Assembly (NCBI GenBank): GCA_041652815.1
Contig: JBAZGN010000002.1
Coordinates: 302,261-366,260, forward strand
From: Candidatus Omnitrophota bacterium
Lineage (GTDB): Bacteria; Omnitrophota; Gorgyraeia; Duberdicusellales; 4484-171
Length of the DNA stretch: 64,000 nucleotides
Reading direction: 5' to 3'
In this document: positions 9,905 through 19,157 of the stretch, in pieces
How the letters are laid out: each line of letters starts with the position of its first letter
Numbering within the stretch: position 1 is the stretch's first letter
Made by a program: the position numbers and the translations under genes
The notes under the pieces: generated by a model
Database searches by the model: none
Seen by the model: the letters and a program-made list of their open reading frames with translations, nothing else
Told to the model about the DNA's origin: nothing

Positions 9905-10853
9905 AACGGTAAAAAGAAAAATAATATTGCTGGCGGCTATTTTGATTTTGGCAGTTATTTTTGGCATCTTAAAGGGGTCGGTTGATTTAAATTTTTCCGA
10001 GCTTTTCAGCAAAGAAAACCGCCAGATACTTAATCTTCGGCTGGTACGTGTAATTCTTGCAATTATTGCTGGTTCCGGATTGTCGGTTTGTGGAATAGTG
10101 CTTCAGGCAATATTACGAAACCCTCTTGCCGAACCATATCTTTTAGGCACATCAAGCGGCGCAGGGCTCGGGGCAGTGATTGCGTTGACTGTGGGAATTG
10201 CAGTTACCTATATTCCTTTTGCTGCATTTATCGGAGCAATATTGAGCACTTTACTGGTTTATTATATCAGCAGGCACCGCGGAAAAATCGGAGTGCAATC
10301 TCTTATCCTTTCAGGAATAATTGTTTCAATAGCTTTTTCCGCAATTATTTTATTTCTGCTTTCAACTTCTGAAAGAGAAACATTGCATGGAATATCCTGG
10401 TGGTTATGGGGTAATCTTGAAGTTTTTGATTTTAAATTGCTTTTGATAGTAGGTGCCGTTGTTGCACTCGGTATATTTACCGTATACATGTTTTCACAGG
10501 ACTTAAACGCAATAAGCATAGGTGAAGAAGAAGCAATTCATTTAGGCATAAATGTAGAATTAATGAAAAAAATACTACTTTTTTTAGTTTCGTTGATTAC
10601 TGCGGCAATAATCTCGGTTTGCGGAGTTATTGGTTTTGTAGGTTTGATAATTCCTCATATGGCCAGGCTGATCATCGGCCCAAATCATAGATTATTAATT
10701 CCTGTTTCGTGCATACTTTCATCAGCCTTTATGATTTTGTGCGATTCGTTCGCGCGAACTCTTTTTTCGCCTTCGGAAATACCGATAGGAGTAATTACCG
10801 CGATAGTCGGCGCACCGATATTTATCATTCTTTTAAAAAAGAGCGAGGCTTAA
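9897..10853 (+). CDS. btuC: FecCD-family ABC permease (BtuC-like)
   Basis: Multi-TM FecCD permease; start ATG 9897 overlaps the btuF stop (track ORF 9870 has N-extension). Confidence 0.75.
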   Translation: MNKTVKRKIILLAAILILAVIFGILKGSVDLNFSELFSKENRQILNLRLVRVILAIIAGSGLSVCGIVLQAILRNPLAEPYLLGTSSGAGLGAVIALTVGIAVTYIPFAAFIGAILSTLLVYYISRHRGKIGVQSLILSGIIVSIAFSAIILFLLSTSERETLHGISWWLWGNLEVFDFKLLLIVGAVVALGIFTVYMFSQDLNAISIGEEEAIHLGINVELMKKILLFLVSLITAAIISVCGVIGFVGLIIPHMARLIIGPNHRLLIPVSCILSSAFMILCDSFARTLFSPSEIPIGVITAIVGAPIFIILLKKSEA

Positions 10854-10857
10854 TAGT

Positions 10858-11689
10858 AATGGATATATTATTAAAAGCAGATAAAATTTGCGGCGGCTAT
10901 ACGAATAAGCCTGTGATAAATAATGTTTCTCTTGAAATAAAACAAGGGGATTTTTTAGGCATTATCGGGCCAAACGGAGGAGGAAAATCTACGCTACTTC
11001 GGCTAATGAGCCGGGCATTAACACCAACCGAAGGAAGAATTGTTCTTTCGGGCAAAGATTTAAGAAAGATAAGCCCTAAGGAGGTTGCTCAAAAAATAGC
11101 TTTCATACCGCAGCTGACATTGATTAATTTTTCTTTTACTGTATGGGAAATTGTGCTTATGGGTAGAATTCCTCATCTTTCACGGATGCAGCCGGAAGGA
11201 AAAAAGGATTTTTCAATTGCTGAACGGGCTTTAAGCTTAACTGACACGCTGCACTTAAGAAACAGGAAGATTGATGAGCTTAGCGCAGGGGAGCGCCAGC
11301 GTGTAATTATTGCCAAAGCGCTCGCCCAGGAACCCCTTCTTTTATTTCTGGATGAACCTACTTCACACCTTGATATTGCCCATCAGGTTCAAACCTTGGA
11401 TCTATTGACTGATTTAAACCAGAAGAATAACCTTTCGATAGTTATCGTGCTGCATGATTTAAATCTAGCCAGCGAATACTGCAAAAAAATAATTCTGCTG
11501 GATAATGGTAAGATATTTAAAGAAGGCACACCAGATTACGTTTTGACCTATCAGAACATCGAAAGTTTATATAGGACAGTTGTTGTGGTAAAAGATAATC
11601 CCGTAACATCAAAGCCGCATATCCTTTTAATTCCGGGGAATAAAAAGTTGGAGCATGGGGAAAACAGCGTTACACCGCAAAACCGCTAA
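10858..11689 (+). CDS. btuD: ABC transporter ATP-binding protein (BtuD/FecE-like)
   Basis: Walker A GPNGGGKST, signature LSAGERQRVIIAKAL, Walker B LLFLDEPTSHLD; real start ATG at 10858 after RBS (track ORF 10709 is an upstream extension); last codons lie inside palindromic element 2. Confidence 0.8.
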
Positions 11690-11777
11690 AATCCGCAAAG
11701 ACGCAAAAAGGAAAATATATAAATTTTTCCTTTCTTCCTTTTTGCGTTTTTGCGGTACTTTTGCGTTTTAGCGGTGT
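11672..11777. repeat. palindromic hairpin element, copy 2
   Basis: acaccgcaaaaccgctaaaatccgcaaagacgcaaaaag ... ctttttgcgtttttgcggtacttttgcgttttagcggtgt; same family as 8540..8666; overlaps btuD stop codon and the annotated N-extension of the next ORF. Confidence 0.8.
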
Positions 11778-11802
11778 AAAAAAGTTTTTCAATGATCTTA
11801 GG

Positions 11803-12399
11803 ATGCAAACAAGAATAATACTTATAAGGCACGGCGAAACCCGGGCTAACAGGCAAAGGAGATATGTTGGTGTAACCGAAAGCGAGCTTACTTCTTACGG
11901 TAAGTATCAGGCGAGATGCCTTAAAAAAAGAATAGCCAAAGACACAATTGACAGGATTTTTGTAAGCCCTTCAAGGAGAGCGCTTGATTTTTCTAAGATT
12001 GTTTTTGGCAACAGAAAAAAAGAAATATTTGAGAGCTTACAGGAAATGAATTTTGGAATTTTCGAAGGGTTAACCTATTCGCAAGCCTTAAAAAAATATC
12101 CGCAAGCTTACGGCAGGTGGCTTAAAAATCCGCAGCGTTTTAATATCCCAAAGGCGGAGGCTTTAATTGATTTTAAAGCGCGCGTTTTTAGTGCATTAAA
12201 AGAAGTTATTTCCAATAATAACGGCAAAACCATTGCCATGGTTACGCATGGCGGGCCGATAATGCTGATAGTGGGTAAGATTATGAAATCAAAGAATCTA
12301 TGGAAGGTAATACCCGGCCTTGCAAGTATAAGCATTATCGAATTTAATAAAAGTAAACCAAAGATTTTAACGTTAAACGACGTAAGCCATTACAAATAA
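11803..12399 (+). CDS. cobC: histidine phosphatase family, alpha-ribazole phosphatase-like
   Basis: IILIRHGET phosphoglycerate-mutase-family motif; cobalamin gene neighbourhood (cobU, cobT, cobS). Confidence 0.6.
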   Translation: MQTRIILIRHGETRANRQRRYVGVTESELTSYGKYQARCLKKRIAKDTIDRIFVSPSRRALDFSKIVFGNRKKEIFESLQEMNFGIFEGLTYSQALKKYPQAYGRWLKNPQRFNIPKAEALIDFKARVFSALKEVISNNNGKTIAMVTHGGPIMLIVGKIMKSKNLWKVIPGLASISIIEFNKSKPKILTLNDVSHYK

Positions 12400-12401
12400 A
12401 T

Positions 12402-12923
12402 ATGGGCAAAATTATTTTTATTTTGGGCGGAGCGAGGAGTGGAAAAAGCAGTTTTGCATTGAAGTTAGCCAAGAAATCAAAAAAAACAAAAGTTGCTTTT
12501 ATCGCAACCGGTGAGGCGCGCGACAACGAAATGAAGCAACGTATTTTGTTTCATAGACGTTCTCGGCCAAGCAATTTCAAAACCTTTGAGCAAGCCCATA
12601 ATCTTTCAGGGTTACTTAAAAAAATCGCATCCGGTTTTGATGTAATAATTATAGATTGTCTTACGCTTTTTGTATCAAATCTTTTGCTAAAAAAATATGA
12701 TGAAAAAAAGATAGCCAATGAGATAAGTAAAATGTTAACAGTACTCAAAAAAACACACACAAAAGCAATTATTGTCTCTAATGAGGTTGGTTTAGGTATT
12801 GTGCCGCAGACTAAACTTGGCAGAGACTTTCGCGATATTGCCGGCAAGGTTAATCAGGTAGTTGCACAAGGCGCAGACAATGTATTTTTTATGGTTTCAG
12901 GGCTCCCCTGGAGGGTTAAGTAG
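12402..12923 (+). CDS. cobU: adenosylcobinamide kinase / adenosylcobinamide-phosphate guanylyltransferase
   Basis: P-loop ILGGARSGKS, 173 aa, CobU/CobP family layout. Confidence 0.75.
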   Translation: MGKIIFILGGARSGKSSFALKLAKKSKKTKVAFIATGEARDNEMKQRILFHRRSRPSNFKTFEQAHNLSGLLKKIASGFDVIIIDCLTLFVSNLLLKKYDEKKIANEISKMLTVLKKTHTKAIIVSNEVGLGIVPQTKLGRDFRDIAGKVNQVVAQGADNVFFMVSGLPWRVK

Positions 12924-12984
12924 GATAACAGGCGTCTCTAGCTTAAGGACAGTTAGATGGCAGATAAGGTAATTAGGAGAAAGG

Positions 12985-14091
12985 ATGAAAAGAATAAACG
13001 AAACTATTAAAAAAATAAAAGATTTAGATTTCGGTCTTATGGCTAAGGCCAAAGAAAGGCTTGATAATCTTACTAAGCCTAAAGAGAGTTTAGGAAAATT
13101 AGAAGACCTTGCAAGGCTTATAGTAGGCATCACGGCTTCGGAAAATCCTTCAATGAAAAATAAGGTTATTTTTACTTTTGCAGCTGATCATGGTGTCACC
13201 GAAGAAAGCATAAGTGCTTTTCCTAAGGAAGTTACCGCTCAAATGGTATATAATTTTTTGTCCGGTGGAGCAGGCATAAATGTTTTAGCAAATCATATTG
13301 GGGCGCGGGTTGTTGTTGCTGACTTAGGGGTAAGTTGTGATTTAAAACCACATAAGAATTTACTGATTAAAAAAGTAAATTATGGAACCAAAAATTTTAC
13401 AAAAGGCCCGGCGATGAGTAGGAATGAGGCGATAAGATCTATTTGTGCTGGTATAGATATTTTTGAACAGGAATATTCCGCTACCTTAATGCAAAGTACA
13501 GGCGGATCCGCCTCGGGTGGAAAAAAAGGCATCGATATTATAGGAACAGGTGAAATGGGTATAGGCAATACTACGGCTTCAAGCGCGATTGCTGCTGTGT
13601 TTACGAAAAAACCCCTAAAGCTTCTTACCGGCCGAGGCACAGGTATAGATGAAAAAGGGCTTAAAAATAAAATAAAGGTTATAGAAAAAGGTTTAAGAAC
13701 TAATAAACCTGATTCTGGCGATGCAATTGATGTTTTGTCGAAAGTAGGAGGCTTTGAGATAGGAGGGCTTTCCGGAATAATACTTGGTGCAGCTGCAAGA
13801 AAGGTACCTGTTGTAATAGATGGATTTATCAGCGCAGCAGCAGCATTGATTGCATTCGGCTTACAGCCAAAAGTCAAAGATTATATTATTGCAAGCCATT
13901 TATCAGTAGAGAAGGGGCACAAGATTGTTTTAGGGTATATCGGGCTTAAACCATTATTTGATTTGGATTTAAGATTGGGCGAAGGAACCGGGGCTGCTTT
14001 AGGTATCAATTTAGCAGAAGCTTCTGTAAAAATATTAACTGAAATGGCAACATTTAAAAATGCAAAGGTATCTGAGAAAAATAATATTTAA
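12985..14091 (+). CDS. cobT: nicotinate-nucleotide--dimethylbenzimidazole phosphoribosyltransferase
   Basis: GEMGIGNTT signature and overall CobT length/pattern. Confidence 0.8.
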   Translation: MKRINETIKKIKDLDFGLMAKAKERLDNLTKPKESLGKLEDLARLIVGITASENPSMKNKVIFTFAADHGVTEESISAFPKEVTAQMVYNFLSGGAGINVLANHIGARVVVADLGVSCDLKPHKNLLIKKVNYGTKNFTKGPAMSRNEAIRSICAGIDIFEQEYSATLMQSTGGSASGGKKGIDIIGTGEMGIGNTTASSAIAAVFTKKPLKLLTGRGTGIDEKGLKNKIKVIEKGLRTNKPDSGDAIDVLSKVGGFEIGGLSGIILGAAARKVPVVIDGFISAAAALIAFGLQPKVKDYIIASHLSVEKGHKIVLGYIGLKPLFDLDLRLGEGTGAALGINLAEASVKILTEMATFKNAKVSEKNNI

Positions 14092-14099
14092 AATAACCA

Positions 14100-14290
14100 T
14101 GCTCCAAGATACAATAACCAAACAATGACCAATAATCAAATTCCAATAACCAAACAAAACTCAATCTTCCCGTTTGGTCATTGGTTATTGAATATTGAAA
14201 TTTGTTTGGAGCTTGCCCGTCAATTTGCTGTAGGCAAATTGACAAGGTCTCGTCAAATTCAAGGAATTTGACGGATATCTTGGTTATTGG
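14100..14290. repeat. cluster of nested inverted repeats / paired hairpins between cobT and cobS
   Basis: ccaataaccaaacaa vs ttggttattg arms; perfect palindrome gtcaatttgc-tgtag-gcaaattgac followed by cgtcaaattc-aagg-aatttgacg. Confidence 0.6.
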
Positions 14291-14306
14291 TTATTTAAGG
14301 TTGAAA

Positions 14307-15047
14307 ATGATTAGTTTATTATTAGCTTTACAGTTCTTAACGATTATTCCTGTCAAAGTTAAAAATTTTACGGAAAAAAAACTTATTATTTCAATGATAT
14401 TTTTTCCTGTAATCGGCCTTTTTATCGCGCTGCTATTGGCCGCGTTGAACAATTTTTTCTTATCTATTGGTTTTAGTGATTTTACCACCAATATCATTCT
14501 GGTCGTCGCTCTTGTTGTAATTACCGGCGGTATGCATCTCGACGGGCTTTCCGATACATTCGATGCGATATCAAGTACAAAACCAAAAGAAACTATGCTT
14601 GCAATCATGCGCGATTCGCGCTGTGGAGTTATGGGGGTTTTAAGTATCATCTGCGTATTATTGCTGAAAATTTCTTTTCTTTCTTCTGTAAATTCTATCG
14701 ACAAAATAAGCGCGCTTATTTTAATGTGTATTCTTGGCAGATGGTCACTCGTATTTTTGCTTTTTATGTTTCCGTATGCGCGCAAAGAAGGCAAGGGCAA
14801 AATTTTCAGCGAAGGAATCAATCTAAAAATATTTATTACCGCAACGATTTTTTCTTTAACCTGCGCATTCATATTTTTTGGAATAAATGGCCTGTCAATT
14901 ATGGTTTTAGCCGTATTGCTTGCTTTTATATTCGGTAAATTCATGGTCAAAAAAATCGAAGGTATTACGGGTGATAGCTTAGGCGCTGTTTGTGAGTTGA
15001 TTGAGGTTATAGTGTTATTTGCAGCAGCGATTTTAACAAATAGTTAA
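14307..15047 (+). CDS. cobS: adenosylcobinamide-GDP ribazoletransferase (cobalamin synthase)
   Basis: MISLLLALQFLTIIP N-terminus and polytopic membrane protein typical of CobS; RBS aagg upstream of ATG 14307 (track ORF 14202 is N-extended). Confidence 0.75.
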   Translation: MISLLLALQFLTIIPVKVKNFTEKKLIISMIFFPVIGLFIALLLAALNNFFLSIGFSDFTTNIILVVALVVITGGMHLDGLSDTFDAISSTKPKETMLAIMRDSRCGVMGVLSIICVLLLKISFLSSVNSIDKISALILMCILGRWSLVFLLFMFPYARKEGKGKIFSEGINLKIFITATIFSLTCAFIFFGINGLSIMVLAVLLAFIFGKFMVKKIEGITGDSLGAVCELIEVIVLFAAAILTNS

Positions 15048-15049
15048 CA

Positions 15050-15180
15050 ACAAATCACAAATTACAATGTACAAATTACAAACAAATCACAATTCCAAAA
15101 TCACAATAAACAAACATCTTTTTGTGATTTCGGAATTGTTTATTGTCTATTGTTTGTGATTTGTGGTTTGTGCATTGTGG
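15050..15180. repeat. long imperfect palindrome (~65-bp arms) downstream of cobS
   Basis: acaatgtacaaattacaaacaaatcacaattccaaaatcacaa mirrored by ttgtgatttcggaattgtttattgtctattgtttgtgatttgtggtttgtgcattgt. Confidence 0.6.
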
Positions 15181-15205
15181 TTTGGAAAACAGGGAGGATG
15201 AAATT

Positions 15206-15928
15206 ATGGAAAATGCAGCTATAGCTTCCTGGAGCGGAGGAAAAGACAGCTGTCTCGCAGTGTTTCGCGCAATAAGAAGCGGGATTAAAATCAAATATTT
15301 GCTTAATTTTATGTCCCGTGAGCATAAACGTTGCTGTTTCCATGGAATAGAATCAAGGCTTATAGATTTACAGGCGAAGTGCTTAGGCATCCCGCTCGTC
15401 CAAAAAGGGGTTACTCCTGATATGAAAAAATACGAAGAAGAGTTTAAAGAAGCAGTAACCGAACTTAAAGCTGAAGGTATAAACAAGATGGTTTTTGGTG
15501 ATATTTATCTGTTGGATCAGTTTAACTGGGTTGAGCGTGTATGTAAAGATTTGGCGATTGCCTCTATTGAGCCACTCTGGAACAACCCCGCTTCGGAAGT
15601 TGTCAGAGAATTCATCAAATCGGGATTTAAATCAATTATTGTAAGCGCTAAAGATGATGTGGGCGGCAGAGATTTTATAGGACGTACTATCGATGAGGAA
15701 CTGGTGTGCGAATTTGAAAGAAGGAAAATCTGCCCTTGTGGAGAAAATGGCGAATTCCACAGCTTTGTGGTAGACGGGCCGATATTTAAGAACAGAATAG
15801 AAATACTTGAAAGCGAACCGGTGTTTAAAGAAGGTTTCTGGAAACATTGGTTCCTTGATATTAAAAAATATCAAATGAGGCCAAAATTTTTCCAAACTGC
15901 CCAACAGGCTGAAAGCCTGCTGGACTGA
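15206..15928 (+). CDS. PP-loop ATP pyrophosphatase, MJ0570/DUF71 (diphthine-ammonia ligase-like) family
   Basis: SWSGGKDSCLA PP-loop; ~240 aa; ATG 15206 after RBS agggagg. Confidence 0.55.
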   Translation: MENAAIASWSGGKDSCLAVFRAIRSGIKIKYLLNFMSREHKRCCFHGIESRLIDLQAKCLGIPLVQKGVTPDMKKYEEEFKEAVTELKAEGINKMVFGDIYLLDQFNWVERVCKDLAIASIEPLWNNPASEVVREFIKSGFKSIIVSAKDDVGGRDFIGRTIDEELVCEFERRKICPCGENGEFHSFVVDGPIFKNRIEILESEPVFKEGFWKHWFLDIKKYQMRPKFFQTAQQAESLLD

Positions 15929-15974
15929 CTGCCGCAAGGCAGGCGTGCAGGAAAAATGTTAGGCCGAATTTGAC

Positions 15975-16097
15975 CCCCCACCACTTTTAGAAAGCATCTT
16001 TTTGCAAAATGCGGTGGGCTTGAGAGAAAAGGAATGTCTTATAGAAAACCATTCATCACTAAAAGTGGTGGGGGGTTCAATTCGCACTATCATTTTT
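15975..16097. repeat. 20-bp inverted repeat with ~88-bp spacer
   Basis: tgaccccccaccacttttag ... ctaaaagtggtggggggttca. Confidence 0.7.
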
Positions 16098-16099
16098 CT

Positions 16100-16345
16100 G
16101 CGCCAGGGAGGCTTGAAAAATGATGTGCTCATTGAAGTTGAGAAGTACCAGGCAGGTGGAGGAAGTTTTGGTGAGATTCCAAGCACTGTCTCGCAACGGT
16201 AATGATTAAGTCTATAGTCTACAGTCCATGGTCCACAGAAAATATTTTAATACTATGGACTATCGACTATTGTCCCCTTCGGGGAGGCTCCGCTCACTAT
16301 GGACTAATCGAGTCCGGTCGATCGCCTGTTTCGGAAAGTACTCTC
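16100..16345 (+). promoter_or_regulatory. putative second cobalamin riboswitch-like leader upstream of TonB-dependent receptor
   Basis: GAGGAAGttttGGTGAGATTCCaaGCACTGTCTCGCAACGGTAA resembles the B12 core (GGTGnnAnTCC ... CTGT..CGCAAC.GTAA); downstream GTCCACAG...CTATGGAC pairing; btuB-type receptors are classic B12-riboswitch targets. Confidence 0.45.
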
Positions 16346-16360
16346 GAAAGAGGAGGAAAA

Positions 16361-18199
16361 ATGAAAAAAGTACTGAGCCTTTCGTGGATTGTGTTTTTGT
16401 TGTCTTTAAATTTCTGCTATGCGAAAGAGTCGGTTGATTTGGGCCAGCTTGTCATAACGCCTTCACGAATCGAAGAAAGTCTTGGAGAAACCTACAGAAA
16501 AGTTGAAGTTATAACCCAAAAAGACATTGAAGAATCCGGAGCAAAAGATGTATCAGAAGTTCTGTCTGCGTTTCCCTCTGTAAATATGACTAATTATGGT
16601 GGATTGGGTGCATTAAAAAATATAAGAATGCGCGGAGCAACCCCTTCTCAAGTGTTGATACTTATGGATGGAAGGCCATTAAATAGCCCGCGTGACGGAG
16701 AAGTAGATTTAAGTACCATACCTTTAGACAATATAGAACGAATTGAGGTAATGCCCGGGGCAGCTTCAAGCCTTTATGGTTCACAGGCAATGGGCGGCAC
16801 TATTAATATAATTACAAAAAACCCGCCAAAGTCAGGGCAAAAAGCAGAATTTACCACACGATTTGGCAGCTTCCTGACCTATCTCGAAAGCCTTTCGCAA
16901 GGCGCAAGAATAGGCAAGTTTGGTTATATCATAAGCGGAGGTTATGAATCGAGCGAAGGATTTCGCGCAAATTCAGCCTTTAATTCAAAAGATTTCAACA
17001 GTAAATTCGATTATAAGCTTAATGATTATAATACCATAATTGCCAGCTGCGGTTTTTATAAAAACAGAGCCGGTACTCCTGGGCCAATAACCGCTCCCGA
17101 TAATGACGACATACAAGTCCAGCTAAAAAATTATATAGATTTAAGCTGGGATTCAAGGCTTGATGAAAAAACAGGCCTTTATGCGAGGGTTTATAATGAT
17201 TATGACAGGCTTGAGTTTTCTGAAAATTCAGCAGGTTCTATGTTTGATACACCTTTAAACAAGGCGATACACACGACAAAAGTAAAGGGCCTTGATTTAC
17301 GTTTTAATAGAGAGTTGTTCGAATTTTATCAATTGATAGGCGGTTATAATTATGTGCAAAACTTGAATGATTCAACCAGCAGCGCAAAACATAACTATAA
17401 TGTAAATGCTGCTTATCTTGAAAACCAATTTAACATAAGCGATAAAGCGAAATTATCTTTATCGGGCAGGATAGATGATTATTCTAATTTCGGTACGGAA
17501 TTTAATCCAAGCGTAAGTTTTCTCTATAACCTCTGGCAAGATGCAAAAATTCATACTTCAGTTGCCAAATCATTTCGCGCGCCGACTTTTAACGATCTAT
17601 ATTGGCCTGACGAAGGCTGGGCTAAAGGAAATCCCGATGTAAAGCCCGAAAAGGGAATTAATTATGAATTAGGCTTTGATACTAAAATAAACAAATATTT
17701 TTTAACGGGATTGACTTACTACAGGAATGATTTTTCAGACCTTATAAACTGGGCGCCGGATATAAACGATGTCTGGCAGCCGCAGAATGTAAGCCGTGCA
17801 ATCATAAATGGAGTAGAGCTTGTAAATAAAATCTATCCTTTTGATAATTTTGAGGTGGGGCTTAATTATACTTTCCTTTCTGCACGCGACAAAAAAACCA
17901 ATAAATATTTAATTTATCAGCCGGAAAACAAAATGGATTTTAACCTAAAGTATAAAGAATTTCATGGTTTTGATTTTGAACTCATCGGTAATTGGACAGG
18001 CCAGAGATTCCACGATAGCGCAAATACTATTAAAGTAAAACCATATTTTCTTTTGAATCTCAACGTTACCAAGAAAATTAACGAAAACTGTACTACATTC
18101 TTTTCGATAGATAACCTTCTGAATAAAGAATACCAGGTAGTTAAAGATTATCCTACACCAGGCTTTTCTGTTAACGGAGGGGTTAAAGTCGAGTTTTAA
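16361..18199 (+). CDS. btuB: TonB-dependent outer membrane receptor (BtuB-like)
   Basis: Signal peptide, TonB box-like DLGQLVITPSR, plug and beta-barrel motifs, C-terminal aromatic residue; real start ATG 16361 after RBS aggagg (track ORF 16202 extended through the leader). Confidence 0.75.
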   Translation: MKKVLSLSWIVFLLSLNFCYAKESVDLGQLVITPSRIEESLGETYRKVEVITQKDIEESGAKDVSEVLSAFPSVNMTNYGGLGALKNIRMRGATPSQVLILMDGRPLNSPRDGEVDLSTIPLDNIERIEVMPGAASSLYGSQAMGGTINIITKNPPKSGQKAEFTTRFGSFLTYLESLSQGARIGKFGYIISGGYESSEGFRANSAFNSKDFNSKFDYKLNDYNTIIASCGFYKNRAGTPGPITAPDNDDIQVQLKNYIDLSWDSRLDEKTGLYARVYNDYDRLEFSENSAGSMFDTPLNKAIHTTKVKGLDLRFNRELFEFYQLIGGYNYVQNLNDSTSSAKHNYNVNAAYLENQFNISDKAKLSLSGRIDDYSNFGTEFNPSVSFLYNLWQDAKIHTSVAKSFRAPTFNDLYWPDEGWAKGNPDVKPEKGINYELGFDTKINKYFLTGLTYYRNDFSDLINWAPDINDVWQPQNVSRAIINGVELVNKIYPFDNFEVGLNYTFLSARDKKTNKYLIYQPENKMDFNLKYKEFHGFDFELIGNWTGQRFHDSANTIKVKPYFLLNLNVTKKINENCTTFFSIDNLLNKEYQVVKDYPTPGFSVNGGVKVEF

Positions 18200-18302
18200 T
18201 CCTTGAATTTAATTTTTCCAAGAGTAAAATAAACTAGATTTACGGGAAAAAGATAATAAAAAACAATACGCAACTGCGAGCTAAATGGGCTTTACATAAA
18301 TT

Positions 18303-18338
18303 AACCTTTACCAAATCCGGTAAAGGTTTTTGTGTTTT
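18303..18338 (+). terminator. rho-independent terminator after btuB
   Basis: aacctttacc aaatccg gtaaaggtt followed by tttgtgttttt. Confidence 0.55.
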
Positions 18339-18366
18339 TATAACTATATTTAAAAAGGGGGAACAA

Positions 18367-19116
18367 ATGAAAGGCATAGGGGAATTAAAAAACATCCAGA
18401 TTATCATTCTTGGTTTATGTATTGCCGCAGCTACGATAATTTCCACGGTAATTTTATCAAAAGGGCTCCTTCAGATACGTAAATTTTCAAATGAAGTTAT
18501 AAGCGTTACTGGTTCGGCAGAGAAAAAAATAGTTTCCGATTATATTGTATGGAAATCAAGTTTCGCAAGGAGAGACCCCAAGATGACAGAGGCCTTTAAC
18601 GCATTAAAAAATGACCTGCAAGAGGTGAAAGATTATCTAACTTCTAAAGGCGTAAATGAAAATGAAATTATAGTTTCGCAAATAGGCACAACTGTCCTTT
18701 ATAAAAAGAATGAAAAAGGAACTGATACAAATCAGATTGAAGAATATGTTTTAAACCAGGAAATCGAAGTGCGCTCCAATGATGTTAAAAAAATTGATGA
18801 TATTGCCAGGCAGTCAACCGAACTTATTAATAAGGATATAGCATTTATTTCTGGTGCACCGGAATATTTTTACACGAAACTAACCGAGCTAAAACATAAG
18901 ATGCTCGCGCAGGCAACGGAAGATGCAAAAGAACGTGCCAAGCGTATGGCACAGGCAACCGGAAATAAAATAGGCCTAATGCGTTCAGCAAAAATGGGAA
19001 TTTTCCAGATAACTCCGGTAAATTCTTATGACGTTTCCTGGTATGGCAATAATGATACTAGTTCTTTTGAAAAGAAGGTTACTGCTGTGGTGAATGTTGA
19101 TTTTGCAATTGAATAG
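18367..19116 (+). CDS. SIMPL-domain (DUF541) protein
   Basis: N-terminal TM anchor, VTGSAEKK start of SIMPL core and overall pattern similar to YggE-type proteins. Confidence 0.5.
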   Translation: MKGIGELKNIQIIILGLCIAAATIISTVILSKGLLQIRKFSNEVISVTGSAEKKIVSDYIVWKSSFARRDPKMTEAFNALKNDLQEVKDYLTSKGVNENEIIVSQIGTTVLYKKNEKGTDTNQIEEYVLNQEIEVRSNDVKKIDDIARQSTELINKDIAFISGAPEYFYTKLTELKHKMLAQATEDAKERAKRMAQATGNKIGLMRSAKMGIFQITPVNSYDVSWYGNNDTSSFEKKVTAVVNVDFAIE

Positions 19117-19157
19117 CAGAGTTACACAAGTATAGCTGCAAGAAGGAGCGTCGTAAT

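Noticed and set aside
10709-10857. N-terminal 50 aa of track ORF 10709..11689
   Set aside because: It overlaps the 3' end of btuC in another frame. The conserved ABC ATPase begins at ATG 10858 preceded by an RBS.
11761-11802. N-terminal extension MRFSGVKKFFNDLR of track ORF 11761..12399
   Set aside because: It is encoded by the right arm of palindromic element 2. The histidine-phosphatase motif starts right after ATG 11803, which has an RBS.
14202-14306. N-terminal extension of track ORF 14202..15047
   Set aside because: It runs through the hairpin cluster. CobS-like N-terminus MISLLLALQFL starts at ATG 14307 with an RBS.
15959-16437. Small ORFs 15959..16186 (-), 16002..16202 (+) and 16228..16437 (+) upstream of btuB
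   Set aside because: They lie in the inverted-repeat and riboswitch-like leader, which has no coding signal. The receptor gene clearly starts at 16361.
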